Origin: a phage
DNA: 64,000 bases
Assembly (NCBI GenBank): GCA_025812035.1
Contig: GCA_025812035.1_4719.1
Direction: 5' to 3' (one strand)
In this document: positions 29,901 through 38,438 of the stretch, one piece after another
Numbering within the stretch: the first letter of the stretch is position 1
Layout of the letters: every line of letters begins with the position of its first letter
Program-made: the position numbers and the translations under genes
The notes under the pieces: model-generated
What the model saw: only the letters and a program-made list of their open reading frames with translations
Databases searched by the model: none
Told to the model about the DNA's origin: nothing

Positions 29901-30272
29901 GGTCGGTACCGCGATCAGAACGAACGGCTGAACATCGTTACCGTCTTCCATGGTTACACCGCCGTTACTTGGTGTGAAACGAATGCGCAAACTCCCATCA
30001 ATAGGACGGGTTACAATAACAGCACGTACGACGTCTTCACCGTTCTCATCCGTGCTACGAATCACACGAACGGCATCATCAACGGTGGTCCCTTCCTCGA
30101 GCGTATCTGATTCGATCGTCGCTTCGATGCTGTCTGGCCGTGCCGCGGTAGGTAACGCGATCACTTGCTCTTCTTTATCGGTAGAAAGCGTTGCTTTGAC
30201 TTCGATAGGGGTATCGCCGCTTTCCAGGTTAAGATGCGACTTACGCATCAGATCAGCTAACGATTTTTTCAT
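26907..30272 (-). CDS. large virion-type protein (1121 aa) with internal acidic Thr/Glu/Asp-rich linker; member of the EGF-helix paralog family
   Basis: ORF track; AAGAGGAA SD; ~120-aa low-complexity acidic segment (…TEPASEEPTNTDTTTTEGNENTEGDDDEDDENEEDEDLK…); core ESFEIRPEIKDEYIMESYKQLDIAL…VYEAVVKFLKALVARLRKLFG resembles the paralogs at 30.3-36.9 kb. Confidence 0.6.
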   Translation of the reverse strand: MKKSLADLMRKSHLNLESGDTPIEVKATLSTDKEEQVIALPTAARPDSIEATIESDTLEEGTTVDDAVRVIRSTDENGEDVVRAVIVTRPIDGSLRIRFTPSNGGVTMEDGNDVQPFVLIAVPTAPGEEPKNPYPANAPTETPAPKVTNDPTISADRDNLKNKIQDAANAIDPTNPAQIEQAAQPAETTQGVKGNVVEPEKEEPAAETTATAADVTPETKTTEEPIKVTVIKRVVEKVEKVEDTVADEQPVVDANDGNTGEQKAEAVAQETELQGDVDVDNADETPAEDSTTEPASEEPTNTDTTTTEGNENTEGDDDEDDENEEDEDLKQESFEIRQELEARGVLDVPVVEQQASVILGEGETGVTVIETEQPYIPGTMVVRRFEGDKSVIVRRTRYAERFNADGQGEAIAIVDPTLQGELKMEFRPAEGPMESFEIRPEIKDEYIMESYKQLDIALNSDLNLEDGEKQPGRFKQILKSVYEAVVKFLKALVARLRKLFGVSKKKIDEKAGKLTKEQRTTPVMKLLPPPSNTADAKKVDVEWNKLDTLLANDAKSVDKIVNAVKDSKRIADASRKFFDQLKDLKEGESPNADSDMLSATTMSGVAAFGHNADAALDGIRKFRDELSAMKQQDDAVPSNVSVEMLISASTKLFDENLLKAATQLQETAEQLIRDIDKSGSDYGVGYIVKRTRTLMNFATTACTVYGFAAKELGDVTVRILTAVAAADNGDLKQEEYQDVAGENDPVVTIETLEGDAGTRAVAEAEIVDDPAVVEFVERAEEAQRNLAIGRHAVSAVEGILVAAREIGPDNFRGNVEATEIAMEGFMDTVKNAVNRIGNWIETNHRYYTAATAPWDKLFAETQQALAKARHGNPAAERIILKRFIRHLTIGGEPVTDVKKLIAALGEIKMLGNMARELIVAIDRELSEVRKSNQSDTSTGSVVGLKRIPIQKWDKLMVATVQPWKDSDRKGVGSKAYLGETHIVKVSATYATTRNNPNEEAAKLMQWIYTGINRSFTVSDDLTSEELPVASVSELDALLRAAREAHEAWLIADNAMQTLRSIDKFLDSELNVENDVNNVVNYGIVLGLEDWLFHPALTLWQQFNKPMQAVLFLIKAHCGAYK

Positions 30273-30287
30273 AAAGCGTTATTCCTC

Positions 30288-31394
30288 TTAAAAGTAGTAT
30301 TTCAGCGCCTCGCGAGAGACCTCAAGCATAGCCGCCGTTGAATTCGTAAAGAACTCGGCATAGCCCACAAGCGGCACCTTGATCCACGCGGTATACGCTG
30401 TAAGGTATCGAGAAAGGGCTACCATAGCATCATCAGAAGCAGTAGCAACTGACAACTGACCTTGTTGACGATAAACGTCGTTAAGTTTTGCTTGTAGATT
30501 CCCTGCAATTTCGAGTAACTCGTTGGCGTACTTTTTACGGTGGTAAGCAACCAGCAAATCAACGCCCGTATTTACCGACTCGAGTAGAACACCAACTTGT
30601 TCTAATGATGGCATCGTAACCACCATATCTCGTTCAACGGATGGTATATCCTGAACTTCAAACCGCGCCGATTGAATAGCGAGGGATTGTTGAATTGAAC
30701 CAGAACCCGAGGTGGTAACCTGATCGAGTCGCAACATACGGTTACCCAGTAACGTGACGTTGACGAGTCTCGATTCGTTCAGTGTGTTGTAGACTTTATA
30801 CAGTAACGTATACGCATCACGGTTAATCACATCGATTAATGCGGTATCCGTCTGTTTTAAGATAATGTCGAGTGCTCTATCTAACGTATTAGCGAACTGC
30901 TTGAAATCGTCACGGAACGACGAAGACAAGAGATATTCAGCGATTGCTAAATTCTGCTTGTATAACGTATTCCCGGTTGTGAAGTCGAACCCAAAACTGT
31001 TTCCATACCGTAGGTGCGGAGCCAGCGTCGACGATGCTTCGAAGCTTTGCGCGATGGGTTTACGACCAACGGCTTTTGTATAATGGCGACGGATGTTACT
31101 GAGTTCGAGCTGTAGTGCGCGACTACGATCGATAAACCGTGCGATAAAAGCAGTAATATTCCGCAACGTTGTCCAGATTGCATCAATGATGGCTTTGATG
31201 ATTTTCATCGCAAGTTGACTGTGCGATTCCATCGTGAGGAGATCAGCACTTTCTGTGGTGTAACCGGTTACCTGGATACCACCTGCTTGCTGATAAATAA
31301 GCTGGTGAATTTCTCGTTGCGTTGCTGTCTCTGGTACAGGTAATGTCTTTAACAAGCTTAACGCTTGAATCTGTCCGTCATAGGTCTGCAGCAT
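30288..31394 (-). CDS. paralogous virion (inner-body/ejection-like) protein 1 (~368 aa)
   Basis: ORF track 30288..31457; ATG 31392-31394 with GAGGAAA SD; amphipathic KIIKAIIDAIWTTLRNITAFIARFIDR segment as in neighbours. Confidence 0.55.
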   Translation of the reverse strand: MLQTYDGQIQALSLLKTLPVPETATQREIHQLIYQQAGGIQVTGYTTESADLLTMESHSQLAMKIIKAIIDAIWTTLRNITAFIARFIDRSRALQLELSNIRRHYTKAVGRKPIAQSFEASSTLAPHLRYGNSFGFDFTTGNTLYKQNLAIAEYLLSSSFRDDFKQFANTLDRALDIILKQTDTALIDVINRDAYTLLYKVYNTLNESRLVNVTLLGNRMLRLDQVTTSGSGSIQQSLAIQSARFEVQDIPSVERDMVVTMPSLEQVGVLLESVNTGVDLLVAYHRKKYANELLEIAGNLQAKLNDVYRQQGQLSVATASDDAMVALSRYLTAYTAWIKVPLVGYAEFFTNSTAAMLEVSREALKYYF

Positions 31395-32679
31395 TGCTGG
31401 TTTCCTCAAGTTCGAGATGCGCGTCAAGATAATCATTAAGACCATCGATGACGTCACAGACAGTTAACAGGAATCGGGCAAAAGCGACCGCCTGGAAGCC
31501 GACGACGTTACGCGCGATACCCACACGTTGAACGATGGCGGATGATGCGGTATCGCTGCTGTCCATCTGTTGTAGCAAACGCTCGTAAGGTTGAATCCAT
31601 TCGTCCTGGTCGGCAAGGCTTGCTTCAAGACAACGTTTGAATTCCAACTGTCGTAGCGTAGACCATAACGTACTTAGTGCGTTGATTATCGCGTTGGTTC
31701 CGTCGATAACATCGTTTAACGGTAAGAAACGGAATCCGTCTTTTGCTGATTGGAACGGTGCAGCTTCCCACACAACGCTGAACTGCGTTCCTGTTGCGTC
31801 TTCGATGTTGTGTAATTTAAGATAGGAAGCACCGACGGGTACGTCAACGACGATATCGTCTGTTCCGATAGACGTTAACGGCTTCTCGCATAACGCATCG
31901 TTGATGACCTCGAGAATATTCTCCCAGCACGCTTCGTTCTCCGCTGCGATACCTTCTTTGTTATCCGCTGACGGCGCTTTTAGTAGCTTCATTAATAACG
32001 GATCAAGTTGACGGTGCCATGTTGCGAGTATTCCCGTGTTCGTTACGATGTTTTCTGCTGTTTGCTGTAAATCAGCAATACTGCTTACCGCACCCCCTTT
32101 CGGATGAAGATATCGCCAGTTGTAAGGAAAGTTCTCCCAGAATGCGTTATCTTCATTAACGTCGTATTCGGTAATGCTTTTCAGCTTAGCCGCTTTCTTT
32201 AATAACGGCTTCACCTGACGAACGAATCGACGGTAACAGCGATTACAGATATCGATCGCGTAGCGGTATAGCTCATTCATGTAAAGCCATAACGCTCGGG
32301 TTGCTTCTTTTGCGGTCTGGTCAAAACTTTCCATGTTCAGACTCATTCCGTTGGAAGTCTCCTCTTCCATACCCTCGATGATTTGGTTTGGATCCATTCC
32401 CATCCCAGCCGCTGCGGTTGATGCGATATGCTTGATGGTGTTGATATCGCGTTCTTCAACCTCAGTCATGTTTGGGACAATATCCAGCCTGAGTTTATTT
32501 AGTGTTTGAAGATGTTGTTCACCTTCTTTCATCACCGTGTTTGTTTCGTCGATTGAGTGAAACTGATTCTCAATATTACCGGCGTCGAGAATATTGCCAG
32601 CGATACCGAACGATTCTACAGGTTCATCATCAATCCCTTGAAACAACGATGACATGGGTTGTTGCATCACGTTTTCCAT
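31378..32679 (-). CDS. paralogous virion (inner-body/ejection-like) protein 2 (433 aa)
   Basis: ORF track; GGAG SD; shared core HIASTAAAGMGMDPNQII…MESFDQTAKEATRALWLYMNELYRYAIDI. Confidence 0.6.
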   Translation of the reverse strand: MENVMQQPMSSLFQGIDDEPVESFGIAGNILDAGNIENQFHSIDETNTVMKEGEQHLQTLNKLRLDIVPNMTEVEERDINTIKHIASTAAAGMGMDPNQIIEGMEEETSNGMSLNMESFDQTAKEATRALWLYMNELYRYAIDICNRCYRRFVRQVKPLLKKAAKLKSITEYDVNEDNAFWENFPYNWRYLHPKGGAVSSIADLQQTAENIVTNTGILATWHRQLDPLLMKLLKAPSADNKEGIAAENEACWENILEVINDALCEKPLTSIGTDDIVVDVPVGASYLKLHNIEDATGTQFSVVWEAAPFQSAKDGFRFLPLNDVIDGTNAIINALSTLWSTLRQLEFKRCLEASLADQDEWIQPYERLLQQMDSSDTASSAIVQRVGIARNVVGFQAVAFARFLLTVCDVIDGLNDYLDAHLELEETSNAADL

Positions 32680-32699
32680 TTGGGACTCCTACGTAGGGA

Positions 32700-32780
32700 A
32701 ATCTTGGCGGGTGATCATGTCCGCCATTTACCTTCTGAATCATTAATTCAGAATGCGGAATATGAAGCAAGGCTTCATAC
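32700..32780 (-). promoter_or_regulatory. structured 5' leader with three consecutive stem-loops upstream of gene 31378..32679
   Basis: GGCGG-GTGATCATGT-CCGCC; TTCTGAAT-CATTA-ATTCAGAA; TGAAGC-AAG-GCTTCA, between the terminator hairpin and the SD. Confidence 0.35.
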
Positions 32781-32818
32781 CCAAGTCAAAAGATAACCGG
32801 ATGTTAACAGCATAATCA

Positions 32819-32850
32819 CCTCCTCCAACCCGTAAGGGAAGGAGGAGGGT
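32819..32850 (-). terminator. hairpin terminator of the CCCTCC family
   Basis: CCTCCTCC-AACCCGTAAGGGAA-GGAGGAGGG; followed on minus by GATTATGCTGTTAACATCC. Confidence 0.55.
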
Positions 32851-32858
32851 TATGGTGG

Positions 32859-34148
32859 TTATGCTTTTTCGGTCACAGCGTTGAAGTATTTCTCTGCAGC
32901 AAATACAGCATCCGCATATTGACGTACGGAGGCACGAAGGATCTTGGTTGACAGTACGGTACTTAAACGCGCCATTTCAGAAACCGCACCCACATAAGGA
33001 CGGATGGTTTCACGATCGGCTTCAGGCAGCTTGTCAAGCATGTCGCCCCACTTCGTTTTGATTTTCATACCGTTGAGTTTAGCGGTACGCTCCACAGAAC
33101 CAGCTAAAGCTTCAACCATGTGGAAATAAGAGGGGTCGATCGTACGGAACACGTTAAGATAGGAAGTTAACGCACCTTTCAGTTCGTTATCATCTTTGAA
33201 AATGTTTGCGTTCTCTATCTCACCGGCCACCGTCATCTCGGCTTCAACACGAATATTTTTCACCAACGCATAGGCTTTAATCGCGTCACGTTCGTTTTCA
33301 ACAGCATCGAGACCTTGAATAACGAATTCCTTCCCACCGCTCTCTGGAAAAACAACTTTATTCAGCGCGGATTTGATCGCCAGCAGGTATTTGTCTAAGA
33401 TAGATGGAAGCAGTGTGATGTCGGTGAGGTCTGCGACCTTTTTATTGATATCAGCTACTTGCTTAAACAATGAATCTACACCGCTTGCGCTTCCAGCGAG
33501 TTGTTCGATATGCTTGCTTGCGAACATGGCATTCGCTGACTTCGCATTAGGGAACATATTGACCATATTTTCAGTGGGCTTATCCAGTTGTTTGATATGG
33601 CGTTCACCTTTATTCACGGCGGTTGCGATGCCGACAATTTTGTTGTATGCGACGACCAGGTTCTTGAACAGTACCTGGAGCAGTTTGAACAGCTGCTCAG
33701 CGATATTTGCAATGATTACCCAAACCGCATATAACGCTTGTGCTGCGCGTTCTTTAAAGCCTTCCAATACAATGGCTTGCCCTTCCACTAACTTATCATT
33801 AGCCTGGAACATGTCTTCATCGGACATCCCCAGGTTTGCTGCTGACGTCGAAGCAATCTGACGGATAAGTGCGACGTCGCTAGGACGCGCTTCCGAGATC
33901 GTTGGTGCGATCATGTACGCTGTATCTTCCAGCGTTGCTGAGGTACGCACTGCGATTTCAGCCAGTTCGCTGGATTCATCGATTGTTTCGTCGGTACGTT
34001 GAATCACCAACTCAACTTCGTCCTCTTCGATTTCTGCGTTAGGGTCGTTCTGCTCCGCCGGAATCGCTGCGAGGAGATCTTCAGCACTCAGTAGAGAGAG
34101 TTCGAATGCGTTTTTATTGATGTTATCAAAAAGAGAAATACGAGCCAT
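32859..34148 (-). CDS. paralogous virion (inner-body/ejection-like) protein 3 (429 aa)
   Basis: ORF track; AAGGAA SD; core APTISEARPSDVALIRQIASTSAANLGM…VLEGFKERAAQALYAVWVIIANIAEQLFKLL. Confidence 0.65.
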   Translation of the reverse strand: MARISLFDNINKNAFELSLLSAEDLLAAIPAEQNDPNAEIEEDEVELVIQRTDETIDESSELAEIAVRTSATLEDTAYMIAPTISEARPSDVALIRQIASTSAANLGMSDEDMFQANDKLVEGQAIVLEGFKERAAQALYAVWVIIANIAEQLFKLLQVLFKNLVVAYNKIVGIATAVNKGERHIKQLDKPTENMVNMFPNAKSANAMFASKHIEQLAGSASGVDSLFKQVADINKKVADLTDITLLPSILDKYLLAIKSALNKVVFPESGGKEFVIQGLDAVENERDAIKAYALVKNIRVEAEMTVAGEIENANIFKDDNELKGALTSYLNVFRTIDPSYFHMVEALAGSVERTAKLNGMKIKTKWGDMLDKLPEADRETIRPYVGAVSEMARLSTVLSTKILRASVRQYADAVFAAEKYFNAVTEKA

Positions 34149-34157
34149 GTTAGTTCC

Positions 34158-35474
34158 TTAACCTTTGGTATAAGCGTTAACGAGAGTGTTGATGAATGAA
34201 GTCAATGCACGAAGATATTGATAAGCGAATTGGTTTTCAAGGCGGTTCTCTTTACCACAAAGTAGAATCGCGCGTTTAACGAGCTTAGGATAGATCTCGA
34301 CGTACGGTTGATAGCTTGTATCAAAATTCTGCTCGTTGAAGCGTTTCATGGTGATTTCCTGGATACGCTCCATGGTGCGAATTTTATTGCGAGAGAACAT
34401 CTCAGAGAAAGCACGTCCACGTTTTGTTACCATCAGCAAATCTTTCGCGAACGTAAGTTGTCGAACACTACGTAATTCGTCAGGTGTTGGCAGGACGTAT
34501 GTTTCTGGATCGCTATCCCATTCAACATCTTCAACGACGATATCCAAGTCAAGGTAGTGTTTAACCGCATCGATGATATTGTCTTTTGACGCATCGAATT
34601 CTTTCAGGAAGACCGCCCCGTTGATGTAACGGATGCGTTTCCCGGAAACCGTTGGAGTGATAACGTCAGCACCTTCCACGGAACCGCGATTTTCCAGTGT
34701 CGATTTGACAGCGTTTAAGAAAGACAGATAATCAACGGGAAGTTTTTCAACCTTATCTAAATGGAAGTCGATGATGTTTAATCCTAACCCATCAATAACC
34801 GAATAGCCGTCCGATTTAAGGAACATCTGATTGAAGGTTTCGATGTTGCTTTTCAGCGCGTCTACACCCCCAACTTTGTTACGGTTAGGGAAAAGCGTCC
34901 GCCACCCCGCTTTAAACGCAACCTCTTTATTTTCCTTGTATTTGCCTTTGGGCATCTGTTCGAGGGCCGCAACGGCTTTCTGAAAATTGCGTGTTTCGTC
35001 GTAAACAAGATGGGTAAGCTTCTCGAAGGCCGCTGCCAGGGTCAGGGCAATATCAACTATGATATCCCAGATCTTTTTCATGGCTTTTACAACGGTGTCC
35101 TTAAACCCTTCAACAACCAAAGCTTCTCCAACTTCAACACGATCGGTTGGAGCTAACAGTGTTTCAGAGGGTAGACCCAAGGCAATCGATGCGGATTCTT
35201 GAACGTTACGAACCAATGCAACGTCGCTGTAATTGGCCGATTCGATCGTCGGGGCAACATCAAAACTGATTTCCCGTAACGCCTCAACAGCAGGGAAAGC
35301 ACGATCAAGCGCATCCTCATGTTCGTCGATTGTCACCAAACGTAATTCAACGCCGTCCGCGTCGATGACTTCAGCTGTCGGTTCCACAGCAAGTGCTTCG
35401 GCAACGACGGGATCTTTTTCAAAAGCTTCAAGGCTAATATCGCCTTGTGTTTTAAATAGTGGTATACGTACCAT
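34158..35474 (-). CDS. paralogous virion (inner-body/ejection-like) protein 4 (~438 aa)
   Basis: ORF track 34158..35498; ATG 35472-35474 with GGAGA SD; N-terminus MVRIPLF parallels MARISLF of protein 3; core APTIESANYSDVALVRNVQESASIALGL…VVEGFKDTVVKAMKKIWDIIVDIALTL. Confidence 0.65.
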   Translation of the reverse strand: MVRIPLFKTQGDISLEAFEKDPVVAEALAVEPTAEVIDADGVELRLVTIDEHEDALDRAFPAVEALREISFDVAPTIESANYSDVALVRNVQESASIALGLPSETLLAPTDRVEVGEALVVEGFKDTVVKAMKKIWDIIVDIALTLAAAFEKLTHLVYDETRNFQKAVAALEQMPKGKYKENKEVAFKAGWRTLFPNRNKVGGVDALKSNIETFNQMFLKSDGYSVIDGLGLNIIDFHLDKVEKLPVDYLSFLNAVKSTLENRGSVEGADVITPTVSGKRIRYINGAVFLKEFDASKDNIIDAVKHYLDLDIVVEDVEWDSDPETYVLPTPDELRSVRQLTFAKDLLMVTKRGRAFSEMFSRNKIRTMERIQEITMKRFNEQNFDTSYQPYVEIYPKLVKRAILLCGKENRLENQFAYQYLRALTSFINTLVNAYTKG

Positions 35475-35521
35475 GTGTTGTCTCCAGTAACAATTCAAAA
35501 GATAAACCAGAACGGCATAAA

Positions 35522-35553
35522 CCCCTCTCCCAACCCGTAAGGGAAGGGAGAGG
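35522..35553 (-). terminator. hairpin terminator of the CCCTCC family
   Basis: CCCTCTCCC-AACCCGTAAGGGAA-GGGAGAGGG; followed on minus by U-rich TTTATGCCGTTCTGGTTTATCTTTTG. Confidence 0.6.
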
Positions 35554-35576
35554 GAATATATCAGTTTATTAACCGA

Positions 35577-36905
35577 TTATTGCTGTGCTGCGTCAGCCGG
35601 TTTCTCAGCCGCCTGGCCGCCGTACTCTTTCAGCATTTTAGCAGCGCCATCCAGTACAGCATTACCTGCCTGAACACCGTACTTCATCAGGCCGGTCTGC
35701 GGATTCACGTAGCAGGAACGTGCGTCTTTCAGAGCAGACAGTACAGCTTGAACACGCTGTTTTTCCTGAGCGGAAACTTCGCCTTTCTTAGACAGATCAG
35801 CTTCCATATCGTCGCCGAATTTAACAGCGTCTTTGAAGCCCTGGGATTTCTTACCGATGTTGCCTTTCAGCGCCAGCAGTTTGTCAGCCAGTACTTCAAC
35901 ACTGCTAACTGCGGCAGCCAGCTGATTCAGAGACAGTACAGTTGCTTCAACTTCTTTCGCTTCACCGGAACGTTCCCAGGTTACTTTACCGTCGTTGGTT
36001 TTGAAACCCCAACCCGCCGGGCCAGCAACGTCAGCAATCGCCGGTGCGTTCAGTTTATCTGCGTACTCGGTGTGGGACTTAGCAACAACGGTGTTGACGA
36101 ATTTATCAGCACGGTCGTCAGCAGCCTTCATTGCTTTCTCGAAGGTGTCAGCGATTTTAGTTGCACCGGTAACCAGATCGTCACCGCCGATATAACCTGA
36201 AACGCCGCTACCCAGTTTAACTTTGGCATTTTTAGCAGCGCCTTTACGTTTGGCGATCATTTCTTTCAGTTTAGCGGCACGTGCTTTCAGTTTGGTTGCG
36301 CCGTCGAAGATACGATCCATGAACTTCACGAAGGTTTCCCAGGAAGTTTTCAGGAAGTTCTTGATGGTTGCCCACAGTTTCTGCCACCATTTTTGTTCTT
36401 CCAGGAAGATCATGTTGGTTGCATCGTAACGGGAAGCGGAGCCACCGAAGCTTTCGAAGGACGGCATGGTTTCCGGCAGTTTGAAACCGATAGTACCACA
36501 CAGGCGTTTCAGGTTACGCATGTGTTCCTGAGCGGTTTGTGCAGACATACCACCGTCTTTCAGGTAGCTTTCGGTTGCAACAACGGTTTCCGTCAGTTCG
36601 TCCATGGCTTCGTCCATGGCTTCTGCGGTTTCGTCGTCTTTTGCAATTTCGATAACAACAGCATCAACCTGCTCGATATCGCCACGAACTTCGATAGCCA
36701 GTTCGGTTTCAGCTGCGGTATCTTCAGCGATTTCAGCGCGTTCGGTCAGTTCAGCTACAACGGTTTCATCATCTGCTGCTGCTGCGGCATCAGCTGCCGG
36801 TTCTGCTTCAACGGTTGCCGCTGCATCCGGATCGATCTCAGCAGCCAGTTGAACCAGCTGTGCGTTAGATGGATTTGCGACAAGACGATCAAAAATAGAA
36901 GGCAT
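35577..36905 (-). CDS. paralogous virion protein 5 (442 aa), very highly expressed by codon usage, Ala/Glu-rich N-terminal region
   Basis: ORF track; AAAGGAAA SD; codon bias like the capsid candidate; core ESFGGSASRY…WWQKLWATIKNFLKTSWETFVKFMDRIF. Confidence 0.65.
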   Translation of the reverse strand: MPSIFDRLVANPSNAQLVQLAAEIDPDAAATVEAEPAADAAAAADDETVVAELTERAEIAEDTAAETELAIEVRGDIEQVDAVVIEIAKDDETAEAMDEAMDELTETVVATESYLKDGGMSAQTAQEHMRNLKRLCGTIGFKLPETMPSFESFGGSASRYDATNMIFLEEQKWWQKLWATIKNFLKTSWETFVKFMDRIFDGATKLKARAAKLKEMIAKRKGAAKNAKVKLGSGVSGYIGGDDLVTGATKIADTFEKAMKAADDRADKFVNTVVAKSHTEYADKLNAPAIADVAGPAGWGFKTNDGKVTWERSGEAKEVEATVLSLNQLAAAVSSVEVLADKLLALKGNIGKKSQGFKDAVKFGDDMEADLSKKGEVSAQEKQRVQAVLSALKDARSCYVNPQTGLMKYGVQAGNAVLDGAAKMLKEYGGQAAEKPADAAQQ

Positions 36906-36948
36906 AATTTGTTTCCTTTACAATAAATTGCACATTAGCTAATGCGGC

Positions 36949-36973
36949 TTAAGTGAACCGTTAGCTCACTTAA
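36949..36973 (-). terminator. AT-rich hairpin overlapping the stop of gene 36970..37500
   Basis: TTAAGTGA-ACCGTTAGC-TCACTTAA, 8-bp stem; weaker than the G+C-rich family. Confidence 0.3.
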
Positions 36974-37500
36974 AAGCCCTTAAAACCCGGTGCCATAGGT
37001 TGCCCAAACACCGCATTCAAAGTACATATGATGTCCTGGATGCCATTGTCCCAATGGAGCCAAGTACGCACCATCTCTTCGTCTGACAACGTGATATAAC
37101 TCATAAGTTTACCGCTGCTTTCCAGACGTTGGTGGGAACTTAATGATTGACGATCTGACCAGTTATCAATCAATTGTCCAGCAATCTGTACGTTCGTGTC
37201 TCGTCTACCCGTATGAATAAACCGTAGCGTATCACGGATAAACTCCAGACTGGTGAAGTTCAGATTTGGGTTATGGCTGTTCATTTCCACCCAGTCGGTA
37301 ATGGGGTACATCAAACGATAAAGGGTGGAAAGAACCTGACGTTCATATTTCCAGTCGTCGAGAGGAGTACCGTCAACCAGACGCTGATACAGACTAACAA
37401 CGTCACGATCGAAGTTCTCTTGGCGTTTTACACCGTTAACAGGAAAACCAAAGAACCCGGTACCGTATAACGTTAAAGGGACGTCACGAAGTGCACTCAT
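36970..37500 (-). CDS. hypothetical protein (176 aa)
   Basis: ORF track; 4-nt overlap with upstream gene. Confidence 0.55.
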   Translation of the reverse strand: MSALRDVPLTLYGTGFFGFPVNGVKRQENFDRDVVSLYQRLVDGTPLDDWKYERQVLSTLYRLMYPITDWVEMNSHNPNLNFTSLEFIRDTLRFIHTGRRDTNVQIAGQLIDNWSDRQSLSSHQRLESSGKLMSYITLSDEEMVRTWLHWDNGIQDIICTLNAVFGQPMAPGFKGF

Positions 37501-38399
37501 ACAGCCGCCTCTTCTTTTCGTTTGATATCATAACGAAGTTTCTTCAGTCGGTCTTCGTGATATTCGATCTGCTGTTGGATTTTCGGATCGTTACCTGCAT
37601 TCTGTTGCTTTTGCTTCAGCGACAAAATCCAATACTCCAACGCCTGGGCTTCTTCTTTGGCTGCCTGTAACGATGCTTCTTCACGCTCGCTGCGCCAGAT
37701 ACGGAAACGGTAAACAAGCGTGTCGGTTACATCACCATTAGCCCATGAACCCATACGCATCGGGTCGGTGTTACCTGCATTATACAGACCGTTACCAACG
37801 CCGTCTTCATCAGAAACCACAACATCCGGGATTTTATCCAACCCAGCCAGGATCTGTTGTTTCTGCCCACACAACACTTCGGTGGCAACGGCGAAACCGT
37901 ACATATTGGCGGTCAGGTAAGCAATCTCATTTTTGGTGAAGAATTCACCAAGTGCTTTATCACCACCTGGCATGCTTTCACAGATGACTGTTGCACGAAG
38001 CAACGTACGGGCATAGCTAACGTAGAAGCCCAGGGACTCAACAAGACGTACCAGAGCGGCTTCTTTGAAACTTAGACCGTCAGCAGCGACATCGATTTCC
38101 AGGTTTTTATTAACACGTTTAACGATTTCTGGAATCAGGTCAACCGCATTACGTAGTGCTAAGTGAACATTTTCGACCCAGTTTCCAGAACGAACGCGGG
38201 TTAGGCGTTGATGTAGATCCTTATCAGCAAGTTTCCATAACGCGCTTTCTCCCTTCTGGAGAAGCGAAGCGGATGTCTCGTAGTAAGGAATCGCGGTGTT
38301 GTTGATTTCGTCGCGGATTGATTCAAGTGCGTCAGCAACACCGGTGCGTTTAAAAAGCGGTTTCAGACCGCGAATGAATTCTTTAAAATCAATTGCCAT
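37497..38399 (-). CDS. hypothetical protein (300 aa)
   Basis: ORF track. Confidence 0.55.
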   Translation of the reverse strand: MAIDFKEFIRGLKPLFKRTGVADALESIRDEINNTAIPYYETSASLLQKGESALWKLADKDLHQRLTRVRSGNWVENVHLALRNAVDLIPEIVKRVNKNLEIDVAADGLSFKEAALVRLVESLGFYVSYARTLLRATVICESMPGGDKALGEFFTKNEIAYLTANMYGFAVATEVLCGQKQQILAGLDKIPDVVVSDEDGVGNGLYNAGNTDPMRMGSWANGDVTDTLVYRFRIWRSEREEASLQAAKEEAQALEYWILSLKQKQQNAGNDPKIQQQIEYHEDRLKKLRYDIKRKEEAAV

Positions 38400-38438
38400 G
38401 AGTGAGCACCTATGCTATTTCGAAACAGGTTACGTGTA

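Noticed and set aside
29259-30110. 283-aa plus-strand ORF
   Set aside because: Antisense to the acidic linker of gene 26907-30272; translation is Phe/Gly/Arg-rich repeat nonsense mirroring the sense-strand low complexity.
35580-36926. Plus-strand ORFs of 206 and 177 aa (35580-36200, 36393-36926)
   Set aside because: Antisense to the codon-biased gene 35577-36905; low-complexity Ala/Ser-rich translations typical of shadow frames.
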